Source of the DNA: Eledone cirrhosa
Lineage: Eukaryota
Direction of reading: 5' to 3'
DNA: 64,000 bases
NCBI GenBank assembly: GCA_964016885.1
Contig: OZ024741.1
Span: 130,138,001-130,202,000 of the forward strand
The position numbers were made by a program, and so were the translations under genes. The notes beneath the pieces are model-generated. The model was not told where the DNA came from and ran no database searches. It saw nothing but the letters and a program-made list of their open reading frames with translations. This document shows, piece by piece, positions 48,647-61,800 of the stretch (the first letter of the stretch is position 1; every line of letters begins with the position of its first letter).

Positions 48647-49504
48647 TACCGAGGGTACTTGCAGAAACATGACAACAGCATACATAGGCGAGACAGCTCG
48701 TAGCATAGGTGAAAAGATAGACCAACACTGGGGGGAACTAAAAGGACGAAAAAACGGTTCAGTACTATACGAAGATGCCAGACAACAACATGACGGTAAC
48801 ATAGACAACATAGAAATTAGAATAATATCTAAACATAGAAATGACCCAGCAGATAGGCAAATCAGAGAGGCTAGCGAAATAGAACTTAGAAGGCCAAGGC
48901 TAAACAGAAAAAATGAATGGAATAACAACACCCAAACAAACAACACTGACCTAAGAGTATAAATAAATAAATAAATAAATACACAAGCACAATAACAACA
49001 AACACATATAAACACACACTACTAAACTAAGATAGAATACAATAACCAATACACAGTCACCCAAACACGAACACACATCAAACAAAACACTATACACACA
49101 CGCAAACGCATGCGCAGAGAAAACAAAAAAATAAACAAATAAATAAATAAATAAACAGACTAAATAAAGATGGCGTAGGCATACAATACAACGGGAGGAA
49201 AGATAATAGCAACACTGACGATGTTACAGATGTGCAACGAAAGAACTTTGTTAGACTATATATATATTGTTTGTGTCTATATTGTATCTGTATTTTTGAC
49301 CGTTGGTCAGTCAATGGTAACATTGAGGACCGAATAAATTAAATTAACCGATATAAAAGACACAGAAGCGAAAAGCAACCAAACAGTGAGTGTGTTGTTA
49401 TAAATTCTAGCAATATTACACAAATAGACCCTCCCCAAGTATAACAATATTTGTTTCGACACACGATTTCATATAAAAAAATTCGCAAAATTAATTCATC
49501 GCCG
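48647..49504 (+). mobile_element. 5'-truncated Neptune-type PLE (GIY-YIG C-half + pseudo-LTR)
   Basis: YIGETARSIGE...EASEI homologous to 53035-53355; pseudo-LTR with hammerhead-like motif at 49211-49271. Confidence 0.88.
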
Positions 49505-49507
49505 TTT

Positions 49508-49678
49508 GGCAGTATAGGTAGAGGGTCGGACATGCTTTTCAGCATAGCTACGTCCCTTTACGATCTGAGTTCACATCCGGCCGAGGTTAACTTTGCTTTT
49601 CATCCTTACGGGGTCGATAAAATAAAGTACCAGTAATGTACTGGTGAATTTCTGGCCTTATGCCTAAAATAGAAACAG

Positions 49679-49680
<2 letters not shown>
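49508..49680 (+). mobile_element. tRNA-derived SINE
   Basis: A-box-like TGGCAGTATAGG, B-box-like GAGTTCACATCC, body CTTTGCTTTTCATCCTTACGGGGTCGATAAAATAAAGTACCAG. Confidence 0.75.
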
Positions 49681-49765
<85 letters not shown>

Positions 49766-50361
49766 CTTTTTCATAATTACACATGATGGCGAACTAGCCA
49801 GTTTTAGAATTCCCTTTTCGGATTATAATACTGTGAGAGCCCTGGTTTCTGTTGAGCTCTGCTGACGATTGAAATCTAACCCTGACCATCTCCACTGAAA
49901 GTTTTCATGAAATAGTCTTTTAAGACTATACAGAGCATTTGATGTTATTCCAAATTGAAGGATAAGTGTTTTAAACTTTATCTTATCATGAGTTAAAGGT
50001 CTATTGATTTTTCCATGGATTTCACTAAATTCTGTGGATGAATTTATATCCTGATTCTCTTTTGAGATGAGTTTGAATTATTTTTCCTAAATCTTACGTT
50101 AACTACTTTTCCCATCTTGACGTTATAGTCGCATATATGTTATAGAATACTATTAGCTTCTCGCTAAAACAATCTCTATACCTCTCATTTATCTATCTAT
50201 CTATATATATATATATATATATATATAGTTATATTTGGGGAGGGTCATATTTGCGTAATATTGCCAGAATTAATAACAGAACACACTCACTGTTTGGTTG
50301 GTTTTCGCTTCTCGCTGTCTTTTATATATATATATCTGCGATCTAACTTACTCGGTCCTCA

Positions 50362-53355
50362 ATGTTGCCATTGACTGACCGGCGGTCAAAAATAATACAG
50401 ATACAATATAGACAAACACATATATATATAGTTTACATAAATCTTTCGTTGCACATCTGCAACATCGTCAGTGGTGTTATATTCATTGTTCCTCCTGTTG
50501 TGTTGTATGTCTACGCCATTTTTTTTTGTTCAGTCTGTCTATATAACAATGGCAGGAAAGTGAGAAATAGTGATAATGGTAATAATACTAGCGATAGACA
50601 GAACAACAACAACCACAATAATAATAATAATAGAAACGTTAACCACAGACACAGCAACAGTGACCACAGTAGTAATAACGGTAACAATACGAACAACAAC
50701 AACAACAATAACCACAGTGGTAATAATGGAAATAGTACATGTAGCAACATCAACAAAAACAAGAAACATAATAATAGTAACAACCACAATGGTAGAAATA
50801 GCAGTAACAACAATAACGGTGAAGTAAACAACAATACATCTAGCAATCATAACAATAATAATATTAATGCTAATGATAGAAACAACAACAACCACCATGA
50901 TAATAATAATAGCAACACACACAACTATGACGATAGAAATAACGACAACCCCTTAGAGAAACTATTTTTCAACCCAGCTGACAAAACATATAAGATGGGT
51001 AATATCTATCCTACGAGGTTACCCTTTAATAAAAGAGTTTGCATACCACAACAAATAGATGACGAGACGGAGGCACAGTTCACCATAGCTAGAAATAAGA
51101 TTAGACAAGTAGTAGACAGGTACACTATGAGACAGAGCAGACCAGAGGCCCAACAACTTGGGATAAAACCTGTAGAAGGCTTGGTTAGCCTCAAGCAGCG
51201 CACAAGGGATGGTGAGGTAGTGTGTCTACCCACAGATAAGTCTGGTAGGATGTCAATAGATAGCATGCCGAACTACATCGAGGCAATGCAACCCCACATC
51301 ACCAACACGAGCGAAGTTGCACAACTAACACACGATGGGAGAGAAAAAATCCTCAACGCTCACATGATGATGTGGACTGACATCCTAAAGCCAAGCAGAC
51401 GCACTGCCAACAACTTCCAGGCGTCTAACAATGGCATACCACCCTTGTATGGGCTCCGCAAAGACCACAAGACAGTCGACGACCCGACAACAGGACCACC
51501 AACAAGACCTGTATGCGGAGCTAATATAGCTAGCAACTACAGGATCTCCTACTTCCTCTCAATGGTTATACGCCCCATAATCAAGATGTCCCCAGATGTA
51601 TGTGAAAGTACAGAGGACCTCCTCAGCAGAATCAGTGAGTGCAACAAAAACAGGAGCCTATCCAACTGCATAATAGGCAGCATGGATGTGGTGTCACTGT
51701 ACCCATCCATTAACATTGATTTTGCTGTGAAAAGATGTGTGGAGATGATCATTGAGAGTGAGGTGGAGTTCTGCGACGTCGACACAGACGAACTGGGCCT
51801 CCTACTTAGACTTACCTACGACACTGACTACCTAGACAGCCATGACCTTAGATGTCTCTGCCCGAGTAGACCTATAAGAGGTAGACCCCCCACCATAACC
51901 TCAATGGCTAAAAAGACTCCCATAGGAAGGTGGATTGGGTGGACCAAAGCTATACGGACCCCCCAAAACACTGATCAGGTAAGAAAAATGGTCGCACATG
52001 CAATAGGGGCTAGTATCAAAACTACCCTAAAGGGCCACATATTTAAGTTCAATGAGAAAATCTACACCCAAAATGAGGGAGCAGCCATCGGCGTCAGCAT
52101 AGCTGGCGATGTTGCCAACCTTTTCATGGTATGGTGGGAAAGGAGACTTAAAGATCTCCTTAATGAAAGCTCCATAGACCTCATCATGTACTCTCGTTAT
52201 GTAGACGATATCAATATAGTTATAAGAACACCCCCACTAGAGAGCACTAACAAGTTTGATTTAGAACGTAGCACGATGGAAAGCATCCAGCAGATAGCTA
52301 ATTCCATACACCAGAGTATAACTGTAACTATAGACTTCCCTTCCAAACACCCTAACAATAGACTACCTGTATTAGACACAGAACCCTGGATTAACACTAT
52401 AGACGAGAGAGCCCAAATTCTCCACTCACACTATGCTAAACCCATGGCCTCCAAATACCTGATACTCAAAAACTCAGCAATGTCCAGTAGTGCTAAGTTT
52501 AATATTCTGACCGCAGATTTGGTACGAGTGATGAAGAATGTGTCCAGCATTTGCGACCCAACAGAAATGGAAGGACACATCCAACACTTCATCAACCGCA
52601 TGCAGTTCTCTGGCTACAACCAAAGAGACAGAGTCAGAGTATACGAAGGAGCCATGGAAAAGTATAAGACCCTCATAGAACTGGACATGAAAGGAATTTG
52701 CCCACTATACAGGAGCAAATCATGGAATAGCTTAGATAGGGCTAGACATAAGATAGGGAAGGCCACATCATGGTACGACAACCAGAGATATCAGAGTGTC
52801 ATGTTTGTGGACGCCACCCCTGGAGGGAAATTAGCTAACCAGTGTAGAAAGGCCCTGAGAAAGACCCACTTAAAAATAAAGGTGGTAGAAAAGCCAGGAA
52901 CCACCATAAAATCCCTGATCAGCAAAACCTACCCTTTTAAGAAAACCCACTGTACCAATAGGAAATGTATCATATGTAAGGTGAACCCCCGGATAAACTG
53001 TAAAACTAGAAACGTAGTCTATAGCATAAGATGTACAGAGGGTACTTGCAGAAACACGACAACAACATACATAGGTGAGACAGCTCGTAGCATAGGTGAA
53101 AGGATAGACCAACACTGGGGGGAACTAAAAGGACGAAAAAACGGGTCAGTACTATACGAACATGCTAGACAACATCATGACGGTAACATAGACAACATAG
53201 AAATTAGAATAATATCTAAACATAGGAATGACCCAGCAGATAGGCAAATCAGAGAGGCCAGTGAAATAGAAATTAGAAGACCAAAGCTAAACAGAAAGAA
53301 TGAGTGGAACAACAACAACACCCAAACAAACAACACTGACCTAAGAGAAGTATAA
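50362..53355 (+). CDS. PLE RT + GIY-YIG endonuclease (997 aa open frame; first ~60 codons come from the inverted pseudo-LTR)
   Basis: TDKSG, LYGLRKDHK, RPV, MDVVSLYPSI, GAAIG, RYVDD, LPVLD; linker C-x4-C-x2-C; VVY...C...C...YIGET...R...H...H (CCHH). Confidence 0.92.
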   Translation: MLPLTDRRSKIIQIQYRQTHIYIVYINLSLHICNIVSGVIFIVPPVVLYVYAIFFCSVCLYNNGRKVRNSDNGNNTSDRQNNNNHNNNNNRNVNHRHSNSDHSSNNGNNTNNNNNNNHSGNNGNSTCSNINKNKKHNNSNNHNGRNSSNNNNGEVNNNTSSNHNNNNINANDRNNNNHHDNNNSNTHNYDDRNNDNPLEKLFFNPADKTYKMGNIYPTRLPFNKRVCIPQQIDDETEAQFTIARNKIRQVVDRYTMRQSRPEAQQLGIKPVEGLVSLKQRTRDGEVVCLPTDKSGRMSIDSMPNYIEAMQPHITNTSEVAQLTHDGREKILNAHMMMWTDILKPSRRTANNFQASNNGIPPLYGLRKDHKTVDDPTTGPPTRPVCGANIASNYRISYFLSMVIRPIIKMSPDVCESTEDLLSRISECNKNRSLSNCIIGSMDVVSLYPSINIDFAVKRCVEMIIESEVEFCDVDTDELGLLLRLTYDTDYLDSHDLRCLCPSRPIRGRPPTITSMAKKTPIGRWIGWTKAIRTPQNTDQVRKMVAHAIGASIKTTLKGHIFKFNEKIYTQNEGAAIGVSIAGDVANLFMVWWERRLKDLLNESSIDLIMYSRYVDDINIVIRTPPLESTNKFDLERSTMESIQQIANSIHQSITVTIDFPSKHPNNRLPVLDTEPWINTIDERAQILHSHYAKPMASKYLILKNSAMSSSAKFNILTADLVRVMKNVSSICDPTEMEGHIQHFINRMQFSGYNQRDRVRVYEGAMEKYKTLIELDMKGICPLYRSKSWNSLDRARHKIGKATSWYDNQRYQSVMFVDATPGGKLANQCRKALRKTHLKIKVVEKPGTTIKSLISKTYPFKKTHCTNRKCIICKVNPRINCKTRNVVYSIRCTEGTCRNTTTTYIGETARSIGERIDQHWGELKGRKNGSVLYEHARQHHDGNIDNIEIRIISKHRNDPADRQIREASEIEIRRPKLNRKNEWNNNNTQTNNTDLREV
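50415..50478 (-). ncRNA. Hammerhead motif in inverted pseudo-LTR
   Basis: Reverse complement of 53622-53685. Confidence 0.6.
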
Positions 53356-53621
53356 ATAAATAAGTAAATTAAATTAAATAAAATAAGATAAATAAATACA
53401 TACACAAGCACATAAACACACACTAGTCACCCAGCAGACACAACACTATACACACTAGTCACACATCACACATAACACTATACACACACGCAAACGCATG
53501 CGCAAAGAAGACAAAATAAAATAAGATAAACAAACAAGCAAATAAATAAATAAATATATAGACAGACTGAACAAAAAAAAATGGCGTAGACATACAACAC
53601 AACAGGAGGAACAATGAATAT

Positions 53622-53685
53622 AACACCACTGACGATGTTGCAGATGTGCAACGAAAGATTTATGTAAACTATATATATATGTGTT
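53622..53685 (+). ncRNA. Hammerhead motif in 3' pseudo-LTR
   Basis: CTGACGA-tGTTGCA(gatg)TGCAAC-GAAA-G.TTTA(tg)TAAAC-TA; the 3' strand of helix I is displaced by a (TA)n run. Confidence 0.6.
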
Positions 53686-53931
53686 TGTCTATATTGTATC
53701 TGTATTATTTTTGACCGCCGGTCAGTCAATGGCAACATTGAGGACCGAGTAAGTTAGATCGCAGATATATATATATAAAAGACAGCGAGAAGCGAAAACC
53801 AACCAAACAGTGAGTGTGTTCTGTTATTAATTCTGGCAATATTACGCAAAAATGACCCTCCCCAAATATAACAATATCTGTTTCGACACACGATTTCATA
53901 TAAAAAACCTCGCAAAACTAATTCATCGCCG

Positions 53932-53976
<45 letters not shown>

Positions 53977-54848
53977 TATAAAAGACGTAAAATAAGAAAA
54001 TAAAAAAAAAAAAAAAAAAATTAACTTACTTAAATTTTCACTCCAACTAATTAGTTTCTGCAATGGGATAAAGACAGTTACGTAATGAACTGTTGAGAAT
54101 TTCATTGCGTCATCAGGGAGGTCTATTCTCAGCCAAGTCTCCAGGCAAAAATTTTCTTATTTTACGTCTTTTATATTATTGTTCTGCATCCTCCTGCATT
54201 GAACCACCTAGGTACTATGACATAACCTGTGTATTTGCTGGCATTAGCGTACATCTGTGCGCTTATGTTAGTAGATATATTAAATTATCTATATTTATCT
54301 CCAAATCACTGATTTGTCGAGAAAACCTGCCAAAACCACTTCTAAAATTTTTTTGGGGGTGTTAGTAGGCGTCTGTCATCTTACCATCCCATTCCTACTG
54401 ACTAGCCTCTGTGTCACGTGATTGATTCTTTAGAATCGGCCATATGACCAGTAGCAGTGAGAATTTTCAGTACCTGGAATCCAGTCCTCGATAGCTGTTC
54501 CATTTACCGAATTATTATTATTTTTATATGAGTCCCCAGTGTCCGCGCATTGCCTGGAGACTTGGCTGAGAATAGACCTCCCTGATGACGCAATGAAATT
54601 CTCAACAGTTCATTACGTAACTGTCTTTATCCCATTGCAGAAACTAATTAGTTGGAGTGAAAATTTAAGGAAGTAAGTTATTTAAAAAAAAATTTTTTTT
54701 TTAAATTTTCTTATTTTACGTCTTTTATATTATTGTTCTGCATCCTCCTGCATTGAACCACCTAGGTACTATGACATAACCTGTGTATTTGCTGGCATTA
54801 GCGTACATCTGTGCGCTTATGTTAGTAGATATATTAAATTATCTATAT
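53977..54848 (+). mobile_element. Non-coding PLE-type element: inverted pseudo-LTR + tail + pseudo-LTR + tail
   Basis: Inverted repeat 53977-54148 / 54550-54730; direct repeat ~54149-54293 / ~54703-54848; hammerhead in both arms; (TA)n flanks. Confidence 0.8.
54578..54657 (+). ncRNA. Type I hammerhead motif, palindromic helix III (inverted copy at 54041-54120)
   Basis: CTCC-CTGATGA-cGCAATG(insert)CATTGCa-GAAA-CTAATTAG-TT-GGAG. Confidence 0.7.
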
Positions 54849-55028
54849 AAATAGATAGATATATAGATAGATATATAGATAGATATATAGATAGATAGAT
54901 AGAGATAGATATATCCCTATCTCTCTCGGTCAAGTTCATTTAGTACGTTCATTCTACAAACATACACAAACACATAAAATTATGTCGTATCTATGTATAT
55001 CAATATATATATATATTAATATATACAT

Positions 55029-55169
<141 letters not shown>

Positions 55170-55319
55170 GTATGAGTGAGTAATGAAACTTTCCCTGTTC
55201 CACACATCTAACCAACCTACGCCCGACCCCCAGTATCAACTAGTAACCCCACCCCATAATTAACATGGACTGGGATATGGTCTATGACGTAAATATGGTG
55301 TTTGATAATGTTGTTATTG

Positions 55320-55776
55320 AAAGGGGACGATGGGGTTCATAGTGGTGGTGGTGATGATGGTGATGGTGATGATGGGGGACTTGGTGGTGGTGGGTTGGTG
55401 GTAGTGGTGATGGTTGGGGTAGTGACAGTGATGGTGGAGTTGTCGGGGTTGGTTGTGTGTGTGTGTGTGTTTGTGAGTAAGTGAGGGCTGGGGGCGAGTT
55501 ATGTTTGAAAGGATGCTGCTGCTGCTGTTACTGGTTGTGGATTCGGTTTTGTTGGTGGTGATGTTTGTGATGGTGATGGTGATGATGGTTGTGGTGATAG
55601 TGATGGTAGTGATGGTGGTTGTGGTGGTAGTGATGGTGGTTGTGGTGATGTTGATGGAGGTGATAGTGATGGTGAAGATGACGGTGGGGGTGTTTGTGGT
55701 GATAGGGATGGTGGTGTGGTGATAGTGATGGTGGCGGTGTTGGTGGTGGTGGTAGTGATGGTAGTGATGGTGGTTG

Positions 55777-55807
<31 letters not shown>

Positions 55808-55842
55808 AGTGGTGGTGTTAGTGATGGTAGTGATGGTGGTTG

Positions 55843-55873
<31 letters not shown>

Positions 55874-58800
55874 AGTGGTGGTGTTAGTGATGGTGGAGGT
55901 GACGGTTGTGGTGTTTGTGGTGATAGTAATGGTGGTTGTGGTGATAGTGATGGTGGTTGTGGTGGTAGTATGGTGGTGTGGTGATAGTGATGGTGGTTGT
56001 GATGGTAGTGATGGTGGTTGTGGTGATGGTGGTTGTGGTGGTAGTAATAGTGGTTGTGGTGATAGTGATGGTGGTTGTGATGGTAGTGATGGTGGTTGTG
56101 GTGATGGTGGTTGTGGTGGTAGTAATAGTGGTTGTGGTGATAGTGATGGTGGTTGTGGTGGTAGTGGTGGTTGTGGTGGTTGTGGTGGTTGTGGTGGTAG
56201 TGATGGTGGTTGTGGCGGTTGCGGTGGTAGTAAAGGTGGTTGTGATGGTAGTGATAGTAGTTGTGGTGGTAGTAATGGTGGTTGTGGTGGTAGTAATGGT
56301 GGTTGTGGCGGTAGTAATGGTGCTTGTGGTGGTAGTAATGGTGGTTGTGGTGGTAGTGGTGGTGGTTGTGGTGGTAGTAATGGTGGTTGTGGTGGTAGTG
56401 ATGGTGGTTGTGGTGGTAGTGATGGTGGTTGTGGTGGTAGTGATGGTGGTTGTGGTGGTAGTGATGGTGGTTGTGGTGGTAGTGATGGTGGTTGTAGTGG
56501 GAGTGATGGTGGTTGTGGTGGTAGTGATGGTGGTTGTAGTGGGAGTGATGGTGGTGGTGGTGGTAGTAATGGTGGTTGTGGTGGTAGTAATGGCAGTTGT
56601 TGTGGTAGTGATGGTGGTTGTGTTGATGGTGGTTGTGGTGGTAGTGATGGTGGTTGTGGTGGTAGTGATGGTGGTTGTGTTGATGGTGGTTGTGGTGGTA
56701 GTGATGGTGGTTGTGGTGGTAGTGATGGTGGTTGTGTTGATGGTGGTTGTGGTGGTAGTGATGGTGGTTGTGGTGGTAGTGATGGTCGTTGTGTTGATAG
56801 GGATGGTGGTTGTGGTGGCAGTGATGGTGGTTGTGGTGGTAGTGATGGTGGCTGTGGTTGTAGTGATGGTGGTTGTGGTGATGGTGGTTGTGGTGGTAGT
56901 AATGGTGGATGCGGTGGTAGTGGTGGTAGTGATGGTCGTTGTGGTGGTAGAGATGTTGGTTGTGGTGGTAGTGATGTTTGTTGTGTAGTGATGGTGGTTG
57001 TGTTTGTAGTGATGATGGTTGTGGTGGTTGTGGTGATTGTGATGGTGGTTGTGTTGGTAGTGATCGTTGTTGTGGTGGTAGTGGTGGTAGTGAAGGTGGT
57101 AGTAATGGTGGTTGTGGTGGTGGTGATGGTGATTGTGGTGATGTGGTTGTGGTGATGGTTGTGATGGTAGTTGTAGTGGTAGTGATCGTTGTTGTGGTGG
57201 TTGTGGTGGTAGTGAGTGTGGTTGTGGTGATTGTGATGGTGGTTGTGGTGGAAGCGATGGTGTGTGTGGTGATGTGGTTGTGGTGGTAGTGGTGGATGTG
57301 ATGGTGGTTGTGGTGGTAGAGATGGTGGATGTAGTAGTACTGATGTTTGTTGTGGTAGTGATGGTGGTTGTATTGGTAGTGATGGTGGCAGTGGTAGTGA
57401 TGGTGGTTGTGTTGGTAGTGATGGTGGTTGTGGTGGTAGTGATGTTTGTTGTGGTGGTAGTGATGGTGGTTGTGTTGGTAGTGATGGTGGTTGTGGTGGT
57501 AGGGGTTGTGGTGATGGTGGTTGTGGTGATGGTTGTTGTGTTGGTAGTGATGGTGGTTGTGGTGGTTGTGGTGGTTGTGGTGGTGGTCGTGGTGATTGTG
57601 ATGTTGGTTGTGGTGGTAGTGATGGTGGTTGTGGTGGTAGTGATGGTGGTTGTGGTGGCAGTGATGGTGGTTGTGGTGGTAGTGATGGTGGTTGTGGTGG
57701 TAGTGATGGTGTTTGTGGTGATAGTGATGGTGGTTGTGGTGGTAGTGATAGTGGTTGTGGTGATGGTTGTTGTGGTGGTAGTAATGGTGGATGTGGTGGT
57801 AGTGATGGTGGTTGTGGTGGTAGTGACGGTGTTTGTGGTGGTAGTGATGGTGGTTGTGGAGGTAGTAATGGCGGTTGTGGTGGAGGTGATGGTGTGTGTG
57901 GTGATGTGGTTGTGGTGATGGTGGTTGTGGTGATGTTTGTTGTGGTGGTAGTGATGGTGTTTGTGGTGGTAGTGATGATGATTGTGGTGATGTGGTTATG
58001 GTGATGGTGGTGATGGTGGTTGTGGTGGTATTGATGGTGGTTGTGTTGGTAGTGATGTTGGTTGTGGTGGTAGTGATGGTGGTTGTGGTGGTAGTGATGG
58101 TGGTTGGTTGGTAGTGATTGTGGTTGTGGTGGTGTGATGGTGGTTGTGGTGGTGGTGATGGTGGTTGTGGTGGTAGTGATGGTGGTTGGGTTGGTAGTGA
58201 TGGTGGTTGTGGTGGTAATGATGGTGGTTGTGGTGATTGTGATGGTGGTTGGGTTGGTAGTGATGGTGGTTATGGTGGTAGGGATGGTGGTTGTGGTGAT
58301 TGTGATGGTGGTTGTGGTGGTAGTGATAGTGGTTGTGGTTGTATTAGTGATGGTTGTATTAGTGATGGTGGTTGTTGTGCTAGTAATGGTGGTTGTGGTG
58401 GTAGTGATGGTGGTTGTGGTGGTAGTGATGGTGCTTATGGTGGTAGTGGTGGTAGTGATGGTTGTTGTGGTGGTAGTGATGGTGGTTGTGGTGGTAGTGA
58501 TGGTGGTTGTGGTGGTAGTAATGGTGGTTGTGGTTTTCGTGGTAGCAATGGTGGTTGTGTTGGTAGTGATGATGGATGTGGTGATAGTGATGGTGGTTGT
58601 GGTGGTAGTGATGGTGGTTGTGTTGGTAGTGATGGTGGTTGTGTTGGTAGTGATGATGGATGTGATGATAGTGATGGTGGTTGTGGTGGTAGTGATGGTG
58701 GTTGTGGTGGTAGTGATGGTGGTTGTGGTGGTAGTGATGGTGGTCGTGGTGATAGTGATGGTGCTTGCGGTGGTAGTGGTTGTAGTGATGGTTGTTGTGG

Positions 58801-61800
58801 TGGTAGTGATGGTGGTTGTGGTGGTAGTAATGGTGGTTGTGGTGGTAGTGATGGTGGTTGTGGTGGTAGTAATGGTGGTTGTAGTGGGAGTGATGGTGGT
58901 TGTGGTGGTAGTGATGGTGGTTGTGTTGGTAGGGATGGTGGTTGTGGTGGCAGTGATGGTGGTTGTGGTGGTAGTGATGGTGGTTGTGGTGTTAGTGATG
59001 GTGGTTGTGGTGGTAGTGATGGTGGTTGTGTTGATGGTGGTTGTGGTGGTAGTAATGTTAGTTGTGTTGGTAGTGATGGTGGCTATGGTGGCAGTGATGG
59101 TGGTTGTGGTGGTAGTGATGGTGGCTGTGGTTGTAGTGATGGTGGTTGTGGTGATGGTGGTTGTGGTGGTGGTAATGGTGGATGCGGTGGTAGTGGTGGT
59201 AGTGATGGTGGTTGTGGTGGTAGGGATGTTGGTTGTGGTGGTAGTGATGTTTGTTGTGCTAGTGATGGTGGTTGTGTTTGTAGTGATGATGGTTGTGGTG
59301 GTTGTGGTGATTGTGATGGTGGTTGTGTTGGTAGTGATCGTTGTTGTGGTGGTAGTGGTGGTAGTGAAGGTGGTAGTAATGGTGGTTGTGGTGGTGGTGA
59401 TTGTGGTGATGTGGTTGTGGTGATGGTTGTGATGGTGGTTGTTGTGGTAGTGATTGTAGTTGTAGTGGTAGTGATCGTTGTTGTGGTGGTAGTGGTGGTA
59501 GTGATGGTGGTTGTGTTGGTAGTGATGGTGGTTGTGGTGGTAGTGAGTGTGGTTGTGGTGATTGTGATGGTGGTTGTGGTGGTAGTGATGGTGTTTGTGG
59601 TGATGTGGTGGATGTGATGGTGGTTGTGGTGATGGTTGTTGTGGTGGTAGTGATGGTGTTTGTGGTGGTAGTGGTGGATGTGATGGTGGTTGTGGTGGTA
59701 GAGATGGTGGATGTAGTAGTACTGATGTTTGTTGTGGTAGTGATGGTGGTTGTATTGGTAGTGATGTTGGCAGTGGTAGTGATGGTGGTTGTGTTGGTAG
59801 TGATTGTGGTCGTGGTGGTAGTGATGTTGGTTGTGGTGGTAGTGATGGTGGTTGTGTTGGTAGTGATGGTGGTTGTGGTGGTAGTGGTTGTGGCGATGGT
59901 GGTTGTGGTGATGGTTGTTGTGGTGGTAGTGATGGTGGTTGAGGTGGTTGTGGTGGTGGTCGTGGTGATTGTGATGTTGGTTGTGGTGGTAGTGTTGGTG
60001 GTTGTGGTGGTAGTGATGATGATTGTGGTGATGTGGTTATGGTGATGGTGGTGATGGTTGTTGTGTTGGTAGTGATGGTGGTTGTGGTGGTAGTTATGGT
60101 GGTTGTGGTGGTAGTAATGGTGGTTGTGGTTTTCGTGGTAGCAATGGTGGTTGTGTTGGTAGTGATGATGGATGTGGTGATAGTGATGGTGGTTGTGGTG
60201 GTAGTGATGGTGGTTGTGTTGGTAGTGATGGTGGTTGTGTTGGTAGTGATGATGGATGTGGTGATAGTGATGGTGGTTGTGGTGGTAGTGATGGTGGTTG
60301 TGGTGGTAGTGATGGTGGTTGTGTTGATGGTGGTTGTGGTGGTAGTGATGGTGGTTGTGGTGGTAGTGATGGTCGTTGTGTTGATAGGGATGGTGGTTGT
60401 GGTGGCAGTGATGGTGGTTGTGGTGGTAGTGATGGTGGCTGTGGTTGTAGTGATGGTGGTTGTGGTGATGGTGGTTGTGGTGGTAGTAATGGTGGATGCG
60501 GTGGTAGTGGTGGTAGTGATGGTCGTTGTGGTGGTAGAGATGTTGGTTGTGGTGGTAGTGATGTTTGTTGTGTAGTGATGGTGGTTGTGTTTGTAGTGAT
60601 GATGGTTGTGGTGGTTGTGGTGATTGTGATGGTGGTTGTGTTGGTAGTGATCGTTGTTGTGGTGGTAGTGGTGGTAGTGAAGGTGGTAGTAATGGTGGTT
60701 GTGGTGGTGGTGATGGTGATCGTGGTGATGTGGTTGTGGTGATGGTTGTGATGGTAGTTGTAGTGGTAGTGATTGTTGTTGTGGTGGTTGTGGTGGTAGT
60801 GAGTGTGGTTGTGGTGATTGTGATGGTGGTTGTGGTGGAAGCGATGGTGTGTGTGGTGATGTGGTTGTGGTGGTAGTGGTGGATGTGATGGTGGTTGTGG
60901 TGGTAGAGATGTTGGATGTAGTGGTACTGATTTTTGTTGTGGTAGTGATGGTGGTTGTAGTGGTAGTGATGGTGGTTGTGGTAGTGATGGTGGTTGTGTT
61001 GGTAACGATGGTGGTTGTGGTGGTAGTTATGTTTGTTGTGGTGGTAGTGATGGTGGTTGTGTTGGTAGTGATGGTGGTTGTGGTGGTAGGGGTTGTGGTG
61101 ATGGTGGTTGTGGTGATGGTTGTTGTGTTGGTAGTGATGGGGGTTGTGGTGGTTGTGGTGGTTGTGGTGGTGGTCGTGGTGATTGTGATGTTGGTTGTGG
61201 TGGTAGTGATGGTGGTTGTGGTGGTAGTGATGGTGGTTGTGGTGGCAGTGATGGTGGTTGTGGTGGTAGTGATGGTGGTTGTGGTGGTAGTGATGGTGTT
61301 TGTGGTGATAGTGATGGTGGTTGTGGTGGTAGTGATAGTGGTTGTGGTGATGGTTGTTGTGGTGGTAGTAATGGTGGATGTGGTGGTAGTGATGGTGGTT
61401 GTGGTGGTAGTGACGGTGTTTGTGGTGGTAGTGATGGTGGTTGTGGAGGTAGTAATGGCGGTTGTGGTGGAGGTGATGGTGTGTGTGGTGATGTGGTTGT
61501 GGTGATGGTGGTTGTGGTGATGTTTGTTGTGGTGGTAGTGATGGTGTTTGTGGTGGTAGTGATGATGATTGTGGTGATGTGGTTATGGTGATGGTGGTGA
61601 TGGTGGTTGTGGTGGTATTGATGGTGGTTGTGGTGGTAGTGATGGTGGTTGTGATGGTAATGATGGTGGTTGCGGTGGTAGTGATGGTGGTTGTGTTGGA
61701 ATTGATGGTGCTTGTGATGGTAGTGGTTGTGGTGATGGTGGTTTTGGTGATGGTTGTTTTGGTGGTAGTGGTGGTGGTTGTGGTGGTAGTGATGGTGGTT

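Larger units (their letters stand above)
50228..53933 (+). mobile_element. Penelope-like retroelement, Neptune-type, with inverted 5' pseudo-LTR
   Basis: Near-perfect inverted repeat 50228-50544 / ~53557-53871, ~60-bp 3' tail, (TA)n flanks, no TSD distinguishable. Confidence 0.93.
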
